64,000 bases of DNA, from NCBI GenBank assembly GCA_951406725.2, contig OX597826.1, positions 48,050,001 through 48,114,000 on the forward strand, in the 5' to 3' direction. Position numbers and translations under genes: made by a program. Positions 1 through 13,065 of this stretch are shown in pieces. Positions within the stretch are counted from its first letter, which is position 1. The number at the start of each line of letters is the position of its first letter. The DNA comes from Octopus vulgaris (taxonomy: Eukaryota). The notes beneath the pieces were generated by a model, which saw nothing but the letters and a program-made list of their open reading frames with translations, searched no databases and was not told the DNA's origin.

Positions 1-40
1 TTAATGACCGAAACAAGCAAAAGATAAAATATATATATAT

Positions 41-452
41 AGGCGCAGGAGTGGCTGTGTGGTAAGTAGCTTGCTAACCAACCACATGGTTCCGGGTTCA
101 GTCCCACTGCGAGGCACCTTGGGCAAGTGTCTTCTGCTATAGCCTCGGGCCGACCAATGCCTTGTGAGTGGATTTGGTAGACGGAAACTGAAAGAAGCCC
201 ATCGTATATATGTATATATATATATATGTGTGTGTGTATGTTTGTGTATCTGTGTTTGTCCCCCCAACATTGCTTGACAACCGATGCTGGTGTGTTTACG
301 CCCCCGTTACTTAGCGGTTCGGCAAAAGAAACCGATAGAATAAGTACTGGGCTTACAAAAGAATAAGTCCCGGGGTCGAGTTGCTCGATTAAAGGCGGTG
401 CTCCAGCATGGCCGCAGTCAAATGACTGAAACAAGTAAAAGAGTAAAGAGTA
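41..452 (+). mobile_element. SINE family A (tRNA-derived, internal (TA)n/(TG)n tract), full length
   Basis: A-box-like TGGCTGTGTGG and B-box-like GGTTCAGTCCC head, internal microsatellite, (GTAAAAGA)n tail; more than a dozen related copies in the window. Confidence 0.9.
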
Positions 453-853
453 TATTGAAAAATATAAGCCAAAACTTAACCATTTCTAACATTTTATTCT
501 ATCAGAACCAAATCATGTTAAATTAACAAAACCTAATCATTCCCAACATTTTTTATTATATCCCTTATACTGAAAAAAAATAAAACCCTGATTACCTCCC
601 CCTGTTTCGAACTCTTCTACATCACACCATAATGAATCGGTAAAGAAATTTGAGAAATTTGAAAAGAAAATGCGAAACTGGTTATTTCTCCAAAAAACTA
701 TGTCACTATACCCAAAATTTTATAACATTTTCCTAACATGACAATTTTAATATATTTTTTAACCATATAATACAAATCTCCTATAGTTTTTTCATTCTGT
801 TTTGTTTCTTATATATCCAACAACATGCTTTCACATACCAACTCTCTCACCTC

Positions 854-917
<64 letters not shown>

Positions 918-936
918 GCAACAAGAATGGATAGGT

Positions 937-1027
937 TTTTAGTACAATCGTTTCATACAAGGACAGGTTTTATTAAAAGTTGCAAAAATTACAGCATATA
1001 AACGTGTCCCGTACTCATCAGCTAAAA
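937..1027 (-). ncRNA. Type I hammerhead ribozyme motif (inverted copy)
   Basis: Reverse complement of 1547-1637 in the left palindrome arm. Confidence 0.85.
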
Positions 1028-1546
1028 TACATGTGAGTTCTCTAGACATCCTAGTGGTTGAGGCTATACTCATGAAGTAATGTAGATAATTAAGTAACAT
1101 AAACAGATTTCAAAAGTTCATTAAAGTTCTTTAAAGATGATGTACAGTCTTATCACAGAATTTTAAAAAGTCTTAATAGCATCACAGAGAAGGTGACCCA
1201 ATCCATAGTGCACATATGAATTTCCAGAGATATGATGAGGGATTACATACTCACAGAAAGCAAATTTATCCATTGTTAATTACACCTCGTTGTAATTAAC
1301 AATGGATAAATTTGCTTTCTGTGATATGTAATCCCTCATCATATCTCTGGAAATTCATATGTGCACTATGGATTGGGTCACCTTCTCTGTGATGCTATTA
1401 AGACTTTTTAAAATTCTGTGATAAGACTGTACATCATCTTTAAAGAACTTTAATGAACTTTTGAAATCTGTTTATGTTACTTAATTATCTACATTACTTC
1501 ATGAGTATAGCCTCAACCACTAGGATGTCTAGAGAACTCACATGTA

Positions 1547-1637
1547 TTTTAGCTGATGAGTACGGGACACGTTTATATGCTGTAATTTTTGCAACTTTTA
1601 ATAAAACCTGTCCTTGTATGAAACGATTGTACTAAAA
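1547..1637 (+). ncRNA. Type I hammerhead ribozyme motif
   Basis: TTTTAG-CTGATGA-GTACGGGACA...TGTCCTTGTAT-GAAA-CGATTG-TA-CTAAAA: canonical core, helix I TTTTAG/CTAAAA, long helix II, minimal helix III, GUA triplet. Confidence 0.85.
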
Positions 1638-1783
1638 ACCTATCCATTCTTGTTGCTTCATTCTCGCTTATAATCACCCCACATTACTGTATTGTTAAAT
1701 CAGTATAGTTTTTTTGGTGCATCTAAGTTAGGTACCATATTCAAGTAAATTCATTTAAATTAACTTGAATCTTTATTGCTTTT

Positions 1784-1821
<38 letters not shown>

Positions 1822-2604
1822 CATATTTACATACACAAACCCTAATATGCTTATAACATTCCATAATATATATTATGGTATACAACACTATGATATATAT
1901 ATATATATATATATAATATTATTTGTAATATCAAACAAATAACAGCTTTTATAATCAACCACAACAGTTACAACACACCAGTACTGCTGTAAACTCCAAC
2001 ACCATCCCTAAACAAAACCAGAAATAGCAGCCACACACACCCTCACCGAGGACTATCAATACTGCATTGTAGACTTACTTTCTAAAATATTCTTTCTCCC
2101 TTCTATCTAATCCTTTGCTTCGTTTCTTTCTTTCTTTTCATTTTTACACTTGTTTTTGTTTTCTTTTTCTTTCTTTCTTTCTTTCTTTCTTTCTCTCTTC
2201 CTTTCTTACCATATCCTTTCTTCATTTCATGCAAGCATTCTCTTTCCATTCTTCTTTACATTTTGCCAGTTTCTTCCTTTTATTATTACATTTTTCCTTT
2301 ATATTTTTTTTTCTTAAAAATTAAGAATCAAATTAAATTTCTTCATTTAAAAAGACAACATTAACAACAACAAAAACAACACCAAGAGAAATAAATAAAT
2401 GTGTGTAACAGGGCTTTTGTAATGATTTCTTCATGTGGACCGTTTCCATAGAAGTGTTAAAATAACTTAATGCTTGAATGGGGTGGGCTAAAATTAAGAT
2501 AATTTCCACCTCTCACAACCCTAATGCATTTTTATTTATTACTTTCATTGATTTATTTTTTCCATTATTATTATTAATATTATTATTATTATTATTATTA
2601 TTAT

Positions 2605-2645
<41 letters not shown>

Positions 2646-2865
2646 AGGCAGCAAGCTGGCAGAATCATTAGCATGCTGGACAAAATGCTGCTAAGTATTT
2701 TGTCCAACTTTAAGCTCTGAGTTCAAATTCCACCAAGGTCGACTTTGCTTTTCATCATTTCAGGTCCATAAATTAAGTACCAATCAAGCACTGAGGTGGA
2801 TATAATTGACTAGCCACCTCCCTCAGAATTTCAGACCTTGTACCTATAATAGAAAAGATTATTAT
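2646..2865 (+). mobile_element. SINE family B (tRNA-derived, Meta-domain-like core)
   Basis: GCTGGCAGAATC...GAGTTCAAATTCC head and a degenerate GCCTTTCATCC...TAAATTAAGTACCA core; follows a (TTA)n/(TAG)n tract. Confidence 0.85.
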
Positions 2866-2869
2866 TATT

Positions 2870-3198
2870 AGAAAAGTTTGGCATAAGAGGAATCAGATGT
2901 GGTGTGCAACACAAATGACTGCGCTAGTATGGTCTTGTGATGCATATGGACGAGAACAGCTGTGTAAAGAAGTGATGATCTCTAAATGTAGAGAGAACCT
3001 GTGGTAGAGGTAGACCCAGGAAGACATGAGACGAGGTAGTGAAGCACGATCTTCAAACTTTGAGCCTCACAGAGGCAATGACTGGTGACCGAGACCTTTG
3101 GCGATGCGCTGTGCTTGAGAGGACCCGTCAAGCCAAGTGTACCCTTACTGATGGCACATAAAGAACATCTTTTGAACATTGGGCTTGACGGAGGCAAA
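2870..3198 (+). mobile_element. RTE-clade LINE 3' fragment
   Basis: Similar to the reverse complement of 45050-45300 (end of RT ORF, L.WYGHV.RM-type motif, and 3' UTR). Confidence 0.7.
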
Positions 3199-3208
3199 GT
3201 GTGTGCTG

Positions 3209-3570
3209 AGGCGCAATGGCCCAGTGGTTAGGGCAGCGGACTCACAATCATAGGATTGTGGTCTTGATTCCTGGACTGGGCATTGTGAGTGTTTATTGAG
3301 CGAAAACACCTAAAGCTCCACGAGGCTCCGGCGGGGAGTGGAGGAGGAACCTGCTGTATTCTTTCACCACACTTTCTCTCCCTCTTTCTTCCTGTTTCTG
3401 CTGTACCTGTATTTCAAAGGGCCAGTCTTGTCACACTCTGTGTCATGCTGAATCTTCCCGAGAACTACATTTAGAGTACATGTGTCTGTGGAGTGCTCAG
3501 ACGCTTACACATTAATTTCAAGAGCAGGCTGTTCTGTTGATTGGCTCAGCTATGACCCTCATTGTCATAT
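3209..3570 (+). mobile_element. SINE family C (tRNA head, body type 1)
   Basis: AGGCGCAATGGCCCAGTGGTTAGGGCAGCGGACTC tRNA-like head shared with copies at 14728 and 54984. Confidence 0.8.
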
Positions 3571-3623
3571 CCTAAGGAATACCACAACTGGATATATATA
3601 TATGTATATATATATATATGTGT

Positions 3624-3667
<44 letters not shown>

Positions 3668-3669
<2 letters not shown>

Positions 3670-3828
3670 GAGGGGCACCTTTCAGTTTCCATCTAACAAA
3701 TCCACTCACAAGTTTTTGGTCGGCTCAAGGCTATAGTAGAAGAGACTGCCCAAGGTGCCATGCAGTGGGATTGATTCCGGAACCATGTGGTTGGTAAGCA
3801 AGCTACTTACCACACAACCACTCCTGCA
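3668..3828 (-). mobile_element. SINE A 5' half
   Basis: Reverse complement of about 41-200. Confidence 0.85.
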
Positions 3829-4067
3829 CATATACATTGGAAACCTTTTGTAAAATTAATTTAAAAAATACCTTTCTCTGATTGTAGACATACATCTATA
3901 TAGCAATATTAACAATATTAAAAATATGGATTACTATGAATTTGCAATAGCATTGCTTTTAATTCTTTAATGTATGTATGTATGTATGTATGTATGCATG
4001 TATGTATGTATGTATGTATGTATGTATGTATGTATGCATGTATGTATGTATGTATGTATGTATATAT

Positions 4068-4275
4068 ACTTTTATTTATTTCAATCATTTGATTGCGGCT
4101 ATGCTGGAGCACCGCCTTTTTGTTGAGCAAATCGCCCCAGGACTTACTTTTTGTAAGCCTAGTACTTATTCTATAAGTCTCTTTTACTGAGCTGCTAAGT
4201 TATGGCGGATGTAAACGCACCAGCATCAGTTGTCAAGCGATGTTAGCGGGACAAATATAGACACACAAACACACA
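4068..4275 (-). mobile_element. SINE A 3' half
   Basis: Reverse complement of about 245-450; probably continues at 6099-6260. Confidence 0.8.
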
Positions 4276-4281
4276 TATGCA

Positions 4282-4690
4282 TCTCTTATTATAAAAGGCA
4301 GATTTTTATCTGCCTCCCTTTGGGAGTTATACAAATCTACAATATAGGATTTCTTCAATTACAATTTACCTAGCATTTTTAAGAGTACAATGCATCGCGT
4401 CATGCCAGCTCCAGTTTTTAAAATTTAAACTCCAATTAAGCAAAATTTACAGAAAACTCACATTCTGGTGTGTGTGTCAAATGCTTTCTGGTTTACACCA
4501 CATGCAAACGCAAACACACAGTGGGCAACGAATAAAATGAAAGTAAATAGCGACAGAGTGATTTGAGGAAGACTAAAGTGAAAGTATTCTGTCTATGACG
4601 CTGATAGATACATGAGTCAAATGTATGGGAAGCTAAGAGCTAAGAGTGAGTGAAAATGTTCTTGGAAGAGAGTAATTAGTAATAAAGTAA
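4282..4690 (+). mobile_element. Possible non-autonomous Helitron fragment
   Basis: A^TCTCTTATTATAAAAG start resembles Helitron 5' ends; no clear hairpin or CTAG end, so the right boundary is approximate. Confidence 0.35.
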
Positions 4691-4706
4691 ACATACACTC
4701 ATACAT

Positions 4707-4737
<31 letters not shown>

Positions 4738-5039
4738 TACACACACACATACATACACACACACATACATACATACACACATACATACATACATACATAT
4801 ACATACATACATACATATACATACATACATACACACACACATACACACACACACAGTATTGAAGCTTGAGAACAATCAGATACATTTGCAACACATCTGT
4901 TGAAAATATTATTGTTCACACACATACATATACATATATACATACAGACAGACAGATAGATAGACACACACACACACACATGATCCAGCATGGCCACAAC
5001 CTCAAGGCTGAAACATATAAAAGAATAACAGAATATAAA

Positions 5040-5398
5040 TGTGTGCAAAGTACAAGAAATATTAATGCAGTATATGGGGATTGGACAATAAGCGTAAGGC
5101 AGTGTCAATGGTGGTTCCAGAAATCCCGAGCCATAAACTACAGCCTAGAAGATGAGCCTCATCCTGAAAGATCTGTAGAACTCGACAAGGACATCCTGAA
5201 AACCCTGGTGGAACAAAATATCATCGTAACTGTTGAGGAACTAGCAGAGAAGCTTGGATTTGGTCATTCAACCATTCATTGACACCTGTGTGCTATCGGA
5301 AAAGTCAGCAAATTGGGTCAATGGGTTCCTCACGAACTTTCCGAGTCTAATTGCATGCAGAGAGTGAATGTATGCTTTTCTTTGCTGTCATATCTCAC
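5040..5398 (+). mobile_element. mariner transposase relic (N-terminal HTH to WVPHEL)
   Basis: RNINAVYGDWTISVRQCQWWFQKS...LEDEPHPERSVELD...EELAEKLGFGHSTIH, then KLGQWVPHEL. Confidence 0.9.
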
Positions 5399-5417
5399 CA
5401 CTACTGCGCTATGTATA

Positions 5418-6054
5418 TCTATATATATAAAACTGTAGTTGTGTGAGTGTCTGTCCCCTTCGATTTAGATTCCTAACTACTCCCACATTTTGCGGTACAG
5501 TTTAACCAAATTCGGGTAGCTTATAGTCGTGATTCATATCGAGCCCGTCTGAATATTAGCGCACGTCTACGATGAGTCTACGATTTAAAAAATAATTTAA
5601 CATCATTTTTTATTCCATTTTAATGCATAATTTTTCGTGTGTCGATGGCGGCGGAGTTGGCGTCCACGCTCACACCTGCGCCTGTGGGGAAGGGAGTGTA
5701 AGGAAATCAACGTCGTAATGCGTTGTCAAGGAGACCAGTGTTCTTTTAGAACAACGACTTCATGGCTTGAAGACACCAAAACAGAAATGGCTAAGAAAGC
5801 GTCTACATGAGTCTACGATTTAAAAAAAAATTTACCATCGTTTTTTTTCCATTTTAATGCATTTTTTCGCTATTATATAAGGGAAGTAACTCTCTAAAAA
5901 TGTCTACGATGAGTCAACGATTTAAAAAAAAATTTACCATCATATTTTTTCCATTTTTAATGCATTTTTTGCTATTTTTTGGCTATAACTCTCTAAAAAT
6001 GCTTATATAGTTATTTCCCTTACAAACCCGAGCAACGCCGGGCGATACTGCTAG
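5418..6054 (+). mobile_element. Non-autonomous Helitron
   Basis: A^TCTATATATATAAAAC start, subterminal hairpin CCCGAGCAACGCCGGG, CTAG^T end; three internal repeats of GTCTACGATGAGTCTACGATTTAAAAA. Confidence 0.85.
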
Positions 6055-6098
6055 TACATATATATATGCTTATACATATACATATATATATATATATA

Positions 6099-6260
6099 TG
6101 ACAGGCTTCTTTCAGTTTCTGTCTACCAAATCCACTCACAATGCTGTGGTTAGCCTGAGGCTATAGTTGAAGGCACTTGCCCAAGGTACCACACTGTGGG
6201 ACTGAACCCGGAACCATGTGGTTGATAAGCATGCTACTTACCACACAGCCACTCCTGCAC
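6099..6260 (-). mobile_element. SINE A 5' half
   Basis: Reverse complement of the SINE A head. Confidence 0.85.
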
Positions 6261-6363
6261 CTTATAAATTAAATAATGATAGTAGAAATTAATATCATTA
6301 AATAATATTAATTTAAACCAGTGGCTAGCATACTTGAAAAATATCCGAGGACTTTTGTAATAT

Positions 6364-6595
6364 ATATTTCTTTATTGCCCACAAGGGGCTAAACACAGAG
6401 GGGACAAACAAGGACAGTCAAATGGATTAAGTCGATTACATCGACCCCAGTGCATAACTGGTACTTATTTAATCGACCCCGAAAGGATGAAAGGCAAAGT
6501 CGACCTCGGCGGAATTTGAACTCAGAACGTAGTGGCAGACGAAATACCACTAAGCATCTCACCCAGCGTGCTAACGTTTCTGCCAGCTCACTGCC
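6364..6595 (-). mobile_element. SINE B, full length
   Basis: Reverse complement of the 40214-40438 copy. Confidence 0.9.
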
Positions 6596-6617
6596 CTGGA
6601 CTATGTAATATAATATA

Positions 6618-6681
<64 letters not shown>

Positions 6682-6721
6682 GTATGTATATATGTATGTA
6701 TGCAGGTGTATGTATGCACGC

Positions 6722-6764
<43 letters not shown>

Positions 6765-6999
6765 TATGTATTTTTGCACATATTCACTGGCCTCTATATT
6801 TGCTGCACACTTCTTTTGCATCAGATGTATGTAAAGGAAAAAAATGCAATTATGATTTAACTGCACACCATTATGTGCTGCTGGTGGTCGCTGCAGGAGG
6901 TGGGGAGTGGAATGGGGGAGTGATGCGGAGGAGGGGTAAGGGAAATTCTATTTAAGTTGTGATGGAGCAGCAGCAGCGCTAGTAGCAGCGTTTGGTAAG

Positions 7000-7389
7000 A
7001 CAGTAGTGGTGGTGGTGGTGGTGGTGGCGGTGGTGGTGGTGATGATGGTGGTGGTGATGGTGGTGGTAATAATAATGATGTTCTTATTGCTGTTGATGGT
7101 AGTAATGGTGAAGATGATGATCATGATCATGATCATCTTCACCATCACTACCATCAACAGCAATAAGGAGTCAATAATGGTGGTGGTGTTGGTGGTGGTG
7201 GTGGTAGTGCTATTGAATGGGTTGATGATTGTGATAGTGGCAGTGTATTTCTGAGATTGCTTTTGATGGTGGTGATGATGATGGTGGTAGCGGTTGAGGC
7301 AGTAGTGATGGCAATGATGGTGTTGTTGTTGGTGGTGGTGGGGGTGGTAGTGGCAGCAGCAGTGAGGATGTTAGTGATGGCAATGATGA

Positions 7390-7441
<52 letters not shown>

Positions 7442-7920
7442 GGTGGTGGTGGTGGTGGTGGTGGTTAAGGTGTTGGGTGTTGGGATATTGATAGTGTTGG
7501 TATTTGTGTTGTGACTGGTTGTGGGGGGTGGTTGCTGGTAGCATTAACAGTGGTGGTAGTGGTGGTGGTCAGTTCTGGTCAGTGGTGGTGGTGGTGGTGG
7601 TGGTGGTCAGAGGTGACAGTGTTTATTGTTGTCATAGTTATTGCCATTGTTGATATTGTTGTTGATGTTGTTGTCATTGTTGTTGTTGTTGTGGTGGTGG
7701 TGGTGGTAATAGCAGTGAAACTTGAGATATTAATAGTGTTGGCATTGGTGTTATGACTAGTAGTTGTGATAGTGGTGGTGGTGGAGGTGGTTGTGGTGGT
7801 GGTGGTGGTGGTGGTGGTGGCGTTGGTGGTTTAAGATGACAGTTAATGCTTGGCTGCATCAATAAATGAGCTGCTCCTGGTGATGGTGATGATGATGATG
7901 ATGATGATGATGCGATGATG
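7000..7920. repeat. Degenerate (GGT)n/(GAT)n/(GTT)n trinucleotide region
   Basis: Direct inspection. Confidence 0.9.
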
Positions 7921-8174
7921 CTGACTGCTTGTAGTGGCAGATATGATGGTGCTGCTGTTGGTGCTTGTGGTGCTGGTGGAGGGTCTGATGGCTACCGTCG
8001 TCGAAGATGCTTATGTGATTAAATCTATTATGAGATGAAGAACACAAATATCTTGTTATAACCAAAAGATGAAAAGCACACATCTTGAAGCAACGAAAGG
8101 TTTCTTTCCTTGCTTCGATAACTTCCTCCTCCTCCTCCAGTTCGTCCTCCCCCTTCTCCTTCTCTTCTTTTTCT

Positions 8175-8206
<32 letters not shown>

Positions 8207-8849
8207 TTCTTGCCTTTATTTATTGTCATTCTTTTCAATCTTCATTTCTTTTTTTTTTTTTCCCCTTTTCCTTTCATTCTTTCATTCTTTCCAATTCCAT
8301 TTTCATGGTTTTCTTTCTTTCTTTCATTCTTTCCTTTCTTCTTCCTTTCGTTCTTGATTCTCTTTTTTTTTATTTACTTATTTACATCTTTTATTTGTTT
8401 TCTTTTTTCTTTTTTTCCTTCTTTTTTTTTTTTTTTTTTTTTTTGTTTTCTTAAACTGATGTCTCCAGCATCAGTTCTTTGCAACCTTTTGCTCAGCTCT
8501 CTGCCAAAGGTTAGGCAAAATTAATATAATCTTTTGTGCATTCTACAAATTTCCTGCAATTATCTGCCATTAGACCGTTCTTTGCTTAATGCCTTTTTAC
8601 TTTCCAAGAGTGATGAACAGTTTCTGCTTATGAAAATCAAAACTGCTAACATGCCGTAAACAATGACTTTTAGGCATTCAAAAGAGATAGGCTATTAACA
8701 TGTTGCCAACCACGCCCATCACATCAACCACACATATACTGCTGATTTACCTATCAACAACGTTTCCCCACCCACCACCACCACTGCTTCCAGTTACTAA
8801 CTTCGCCAAAGAAGGAATATAATAAAAAATTTCTTTCTCCAGATTGCCC

Positions 8850-9490
8850 CTAACACCACCTACCCACCCACCCACCCACCCACCTGCCCACCTATTTAAT
8901 CACCATCGCCACCATCACACCACCACCACCACCATCACCACCGTCACCGCTTTCACTGCCAACACACTGTTATCACCAGCATGGTTTCCATATTGGTTAA
9001 TGTCTTTTACCTTCCATATTCTCTTTGTCCATATCACCATCATCATCGACATCAACACCAACAGCCAAACCAATTACCAGCACCACTGCCAACACCACCA
9101 CTGCCATCACATAACCACCACTACCTTCACCTCTACTACAGCCAGCACTACAACCAGCACTACAACAAACACATTTCTACCACTACCACCACCATCACCA
9201 CTATCATCACCACCAACACCATGTCTGTGACCACCACTGCCCTGACAATCACCATCTCAGAACACCATCACCATCACCATCATCATCATCATGCACCCCC
9301 CCACCCCGACGCCAATTGCTTACCACTACCCTGATATCTATTCCCCCTGTCACAACCCTGACCCCCACCACAGACCCCCACCCCATCACTTACTCTTTTC
9401 TTTTTCTGCCTTCTCTCTGTTTTTCTCTCCCTTGCCACCGCCACCACCACCACCACCACCAACATTACCACCACTGACACCACCAGCCCT
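8850..9490. repeat. Degenerate (CAC)n/(CCA)n region
   Basis: Direct inspection. Confidence 0.85.
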
Positions 9491-11437
9491 GTCTCTGTCC
9501 TGCCGTCCTGCCGTCCTACTAACCAGTGCAACTATTCCACTATTGTGCTATATTGATTCTGTCATTCACCAACACATTATACCATCGCTGCAACTCTCTT
9601 CTCTGGACAAGAACAGCAATTTCAAATATTACCTTTGCTTTAGCATTTCATGCAAATACTTTAGAAAACTGTAAATGAACATAAATTTCCTGCAAGGGCA
9701 AATAACTATAGATATATTGAATGTAATATGCAAGTGCTTGTAGACGTTGGATTTTAATGCTATGGCCTATTGTGTTTGGCTAAAAGGGAAACGAACTCAA
9801 AGCCACTTGTCAGTATTTATATGTGTTCGGTGGATAGCAAGAAATATTAAGGGTTTGTTCTTAAGCACTTTAACTGAGCATTGAAGTCACTTTCCTGTTC
9901 AGCTAGATGCTCTATTTAATTAGAGAAGTGTATTGAAAAGAGTTGCTTTAGATGTTCTCTGAAGAACATTATATTAGTCTGCTTAAACTCTCCACTGATG
10001 CTCGCATCTGCCTTTGTTTCTTTCTCTCTCTCTCTCTCTCTCTCTCCCTCGCTTTTTATCTTTATCTTTATCTATCTCCATCTTTCTCTCTCCCATACAC
10101 ATATACACACACACACACACATACGTGTACGCACCTATGCATAGTAAAATACACATATATATATGTAAGTGTGACTCCATCTCTTCGAACCAACCATTGA
10201 AAAACATTTGATGTCGTTATTAATAAGCAAAACTATTACGGAGCTTGATTTCAATATGCTTCCAATCTTTTACGCCAGGTTTTTACAAATGGACCGACCC
10301 ATAAGTGATTGGTCTGGTTTGTCTTAAGACCCGATGATATCGATGTGAAATGTAAATCAATAACTCCTTCACTGACTCGATACACATCAAGAAATAAAAG
10401 ATTCTAGAAAATAATAAATAACACTTCACAGCTTCCTTGACTGAAAATGTTGATCTAGACTTCATTTCAAACACATTGATCACCCTATCAATTGGTTCTG
10501 CTTTATTATATATAGTTTTATCTCGACAAACATTGAAATTGAACTAACCTAAACTGGTTAGATTTTCTATTAAGAACTCAGATATCTCTCATTGATTTCA
10601 ATTTCTTTCACAAAACCTTCCCAGCCAGTAGGCAGTTTATTATTATTTTTTTTATTCCTATGCTTATATATTTATTAAACCACTCCGTACTCCATATATT
10701 ACTAACTTCTTAAAATCTTTTAGCCTGAAGATTCTTCTTCTGTCTATATGAATTGTCCCCGCTTTTCTCCCTACCCTGCCAGCTTCTTTAAATGTTCCTG
10801 CCTCACAATTCTTCTGTCTAGATTAATTTCCAAACATACACTGCCAACTTCTTTAAACCTTTCTCTCTTAAGATTCTCCCCTTCATGTACCAATATTAGC
10901 CACTTACACCACCATCTTTATGAAAGATTCCAGCGTCAAGATACCTCTTTAATCTACATTGAATTTTCGTCTCTATCCTGCCAGTTTCTACAAGAATACA
11001 TCTATTTTATCAATGCTCCTTTTCATGATTCCCCCTTTTTTATCAAGCAGATCATTGTCCCACTAATGATTCCAAAACAGCAAAGTAATATCAATTCATT
11101 GCTGTGTTCTTTGATTCCCAGTTAAATTTTCAAGCACAATATGAAATACCCAATCAATCCTAGCAATAGAAATGGTTTTGTGAAGTTTAGTTATGTAAAC
11201 AAGAAACTAAAGTAAAATTTAAACTTTAAGCTAAAACAGAAAAATTAAAAAGACTTTTTCTTAATAAAATACATTTAATAATTAGATATATATTCTTACA
11301 ATTTAAATATATACAGTCATTTCCATAGGGCATGAATGGACTGAGTAAGTAGAGAACCAAACATTACTTAAAACAATTATATAATAGCTTTGCTCTTTTT
11401 AGAATATTGAACTCACATAGATAAATAGATACATACA

Positions 11438-11473
<36 letters not shown>

Positions 11474-11617
11474 CGTGTGTGTCCTACCATATGATACCTT
11501 GAATAAATATTTTCTACCATAGTTTTTTTTTTTTCCAACACCCAGCAGTCTCAGTTTGAATCATGCCAGGATCAACTTGGTCTTTCATTCCTTCAGGCTC
11601 CAATAGATAAGTTACCA

Positions 11618-12023
11618 GCACAGGAGTGGCTGTGTGGTAAGTAGCTTGCTTACCGACCACATGGTTCCAGGTTCAGTCCCACTGCGTGGCACCTTGGGCA
11701 AATGTCTCCTACTATAGCCTTGGGCCGACCAAAGCCTTGTGAGTGAATTTGGTAAATGGAAACTGAAAGAAGCCTGTCGTATATATGTATATATATATAT
11801 GTGTGTGTGTTTGTGTGTCTGTGTTTGTCCCCCCAACATCGCTTGACAACCGATGCTGGTGTGTTTGCATCCCCTGTAACTTAGTGGTTCAGCAAAAGAG
11901 ACTGATAGAATAAGTACTAGGCTTACAAAGAATAACTCCTGGGGGCAATTTGCTCAACCAAAGGCGGTGCTCCAGCATGGCCGCTGTCAAATGACTGAAA
12001 CAAGTAAAAGAGAGTAAAAGAGA
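11618..12023 (+). mobile_element. SINE A, full length
   Basis: Colinear with 41-452. Confidence 0.9.
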
Positions 12024-12749
12024 GCCCTATAGAAAGTGGTTCTTTTTCTTTTTTAATTTCATGCCCTCTTTTTGTTTATCTGTTTTGGTTGAACTATAGC
12101 TTTTACTATAGCCAAACCATTATATAATAAAGAACCACAGTGTCATAGGCATATGGAATGACGCAAGTTCTTACACATGTGTTAGGGAAAGTCATGTCAC
12201 CCTCATTGGATGAATGTAGCTAAAAGCATATTTGATTATAAAGAGAATAGAGGAGGTGGTAAGGAAAAGACTAGAGAGAAAGAGGAGAAGAGGGAGATGA
12301 GTGAGCAACTAAAAGGGAATTGGTACTATGAAGATATCCCTTGACAATAACCAGAGATAAGAGAGATCAAGTAGCTTATAAAAGAAGGAAGGGTCCAGGA
12401 CAACAGGGAGGTCTGTCAAAGTGAAGACAATATCAAGGAATGCTTGGTGGTAGGTAGTAAACATCCGTGGCCCTTAATAAACAGATTCTAAAGAAATAGA
12501 GATAAAGGCAGTATGGACAATGGGGCAATTATACAAATATACAGGTCAATAGTGTGGGAGGGAGACCTATGGTAAAGGAAGGTGGAGAGGGAGAACTGTG
12601 AGAGAATTATGTTACTGTATTACAGTTTTAAGGGGCTAGAATTAAAATAAAATGTCTAGAGGGAGGCTAGTTCTTAGAAGAATAAAGATTTATGGTAATG
12701 GGGTGGTTTTGTAGAATTTATATCTGCACAAGCAAATTACGTCAGAGAA

Positions 12750-13000
12750 GGGATTTAGTTGTGGTATGATATCAAGTGAGTCATTGCAACTTAAATGACA
12801 GGGTTGTTGATTTCTATGAAGGGAGCTTCACCACAAACTATGGGATCAGAACAGGTTTCAGGGTATGCCTTGGGGTGATGTAAGTAGATTGTGATGGAGG
12901 TGGTTTGTTTTGAGACACCATTAGCAAAAGAGCTCAGGTGTATAAGATAACATCACATAAGATCAATTGTGCCACTATAGTAAACCCTGGTGAAATGGCT
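12750..13000 (-). pseudogene. Possible highly decayed PLE reverse-transcriptase thumb fragment
   Basis: Translation from 12910, KQTTSITIYLHHPKAYPETCSDPIVCGEAPFIEINN, loosely matches the PLE KPT...YLH..S.HP....I..GE..R motif. Confidence 0.3.
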
Positions 13001-13065
13001 CCTTGGGGTAGTGACGGTACATTCGTACGCAACATTATAATACAAGCAAATGTGTGATAATGGAT

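Larger units (their letters stand above)
913..1786. mobile_element. Fold-back insert with HHR (Penelope-like inverted pseudo-LTR structure) in (TA)n
   Basis: Arms 913-1284 and 1291-1661 are reverse complements with a 6-nt loop CCTCGT and one 1-nt indel. The right arm continues about 125 nt to 1786. (TA)n on both sides. Confidence 0.8.

Noticed and set aside
7674-8083. Pro/Ser/His-rich minus-strand reading (PSDPPPAPQAPTAAPSYL...PPPPP) resembling a transcription-factor exon
   Set aside because: Explained by decayed trinucleotide repeats; stop-bounded, with no recognisable domain or convincing splice pair
10260-11130. Possible LINE remnant, including ORF 10748-11125
   Set aside because: Strand-biased composition suggests an old retroelement, but I could not identify a diagnostic motif
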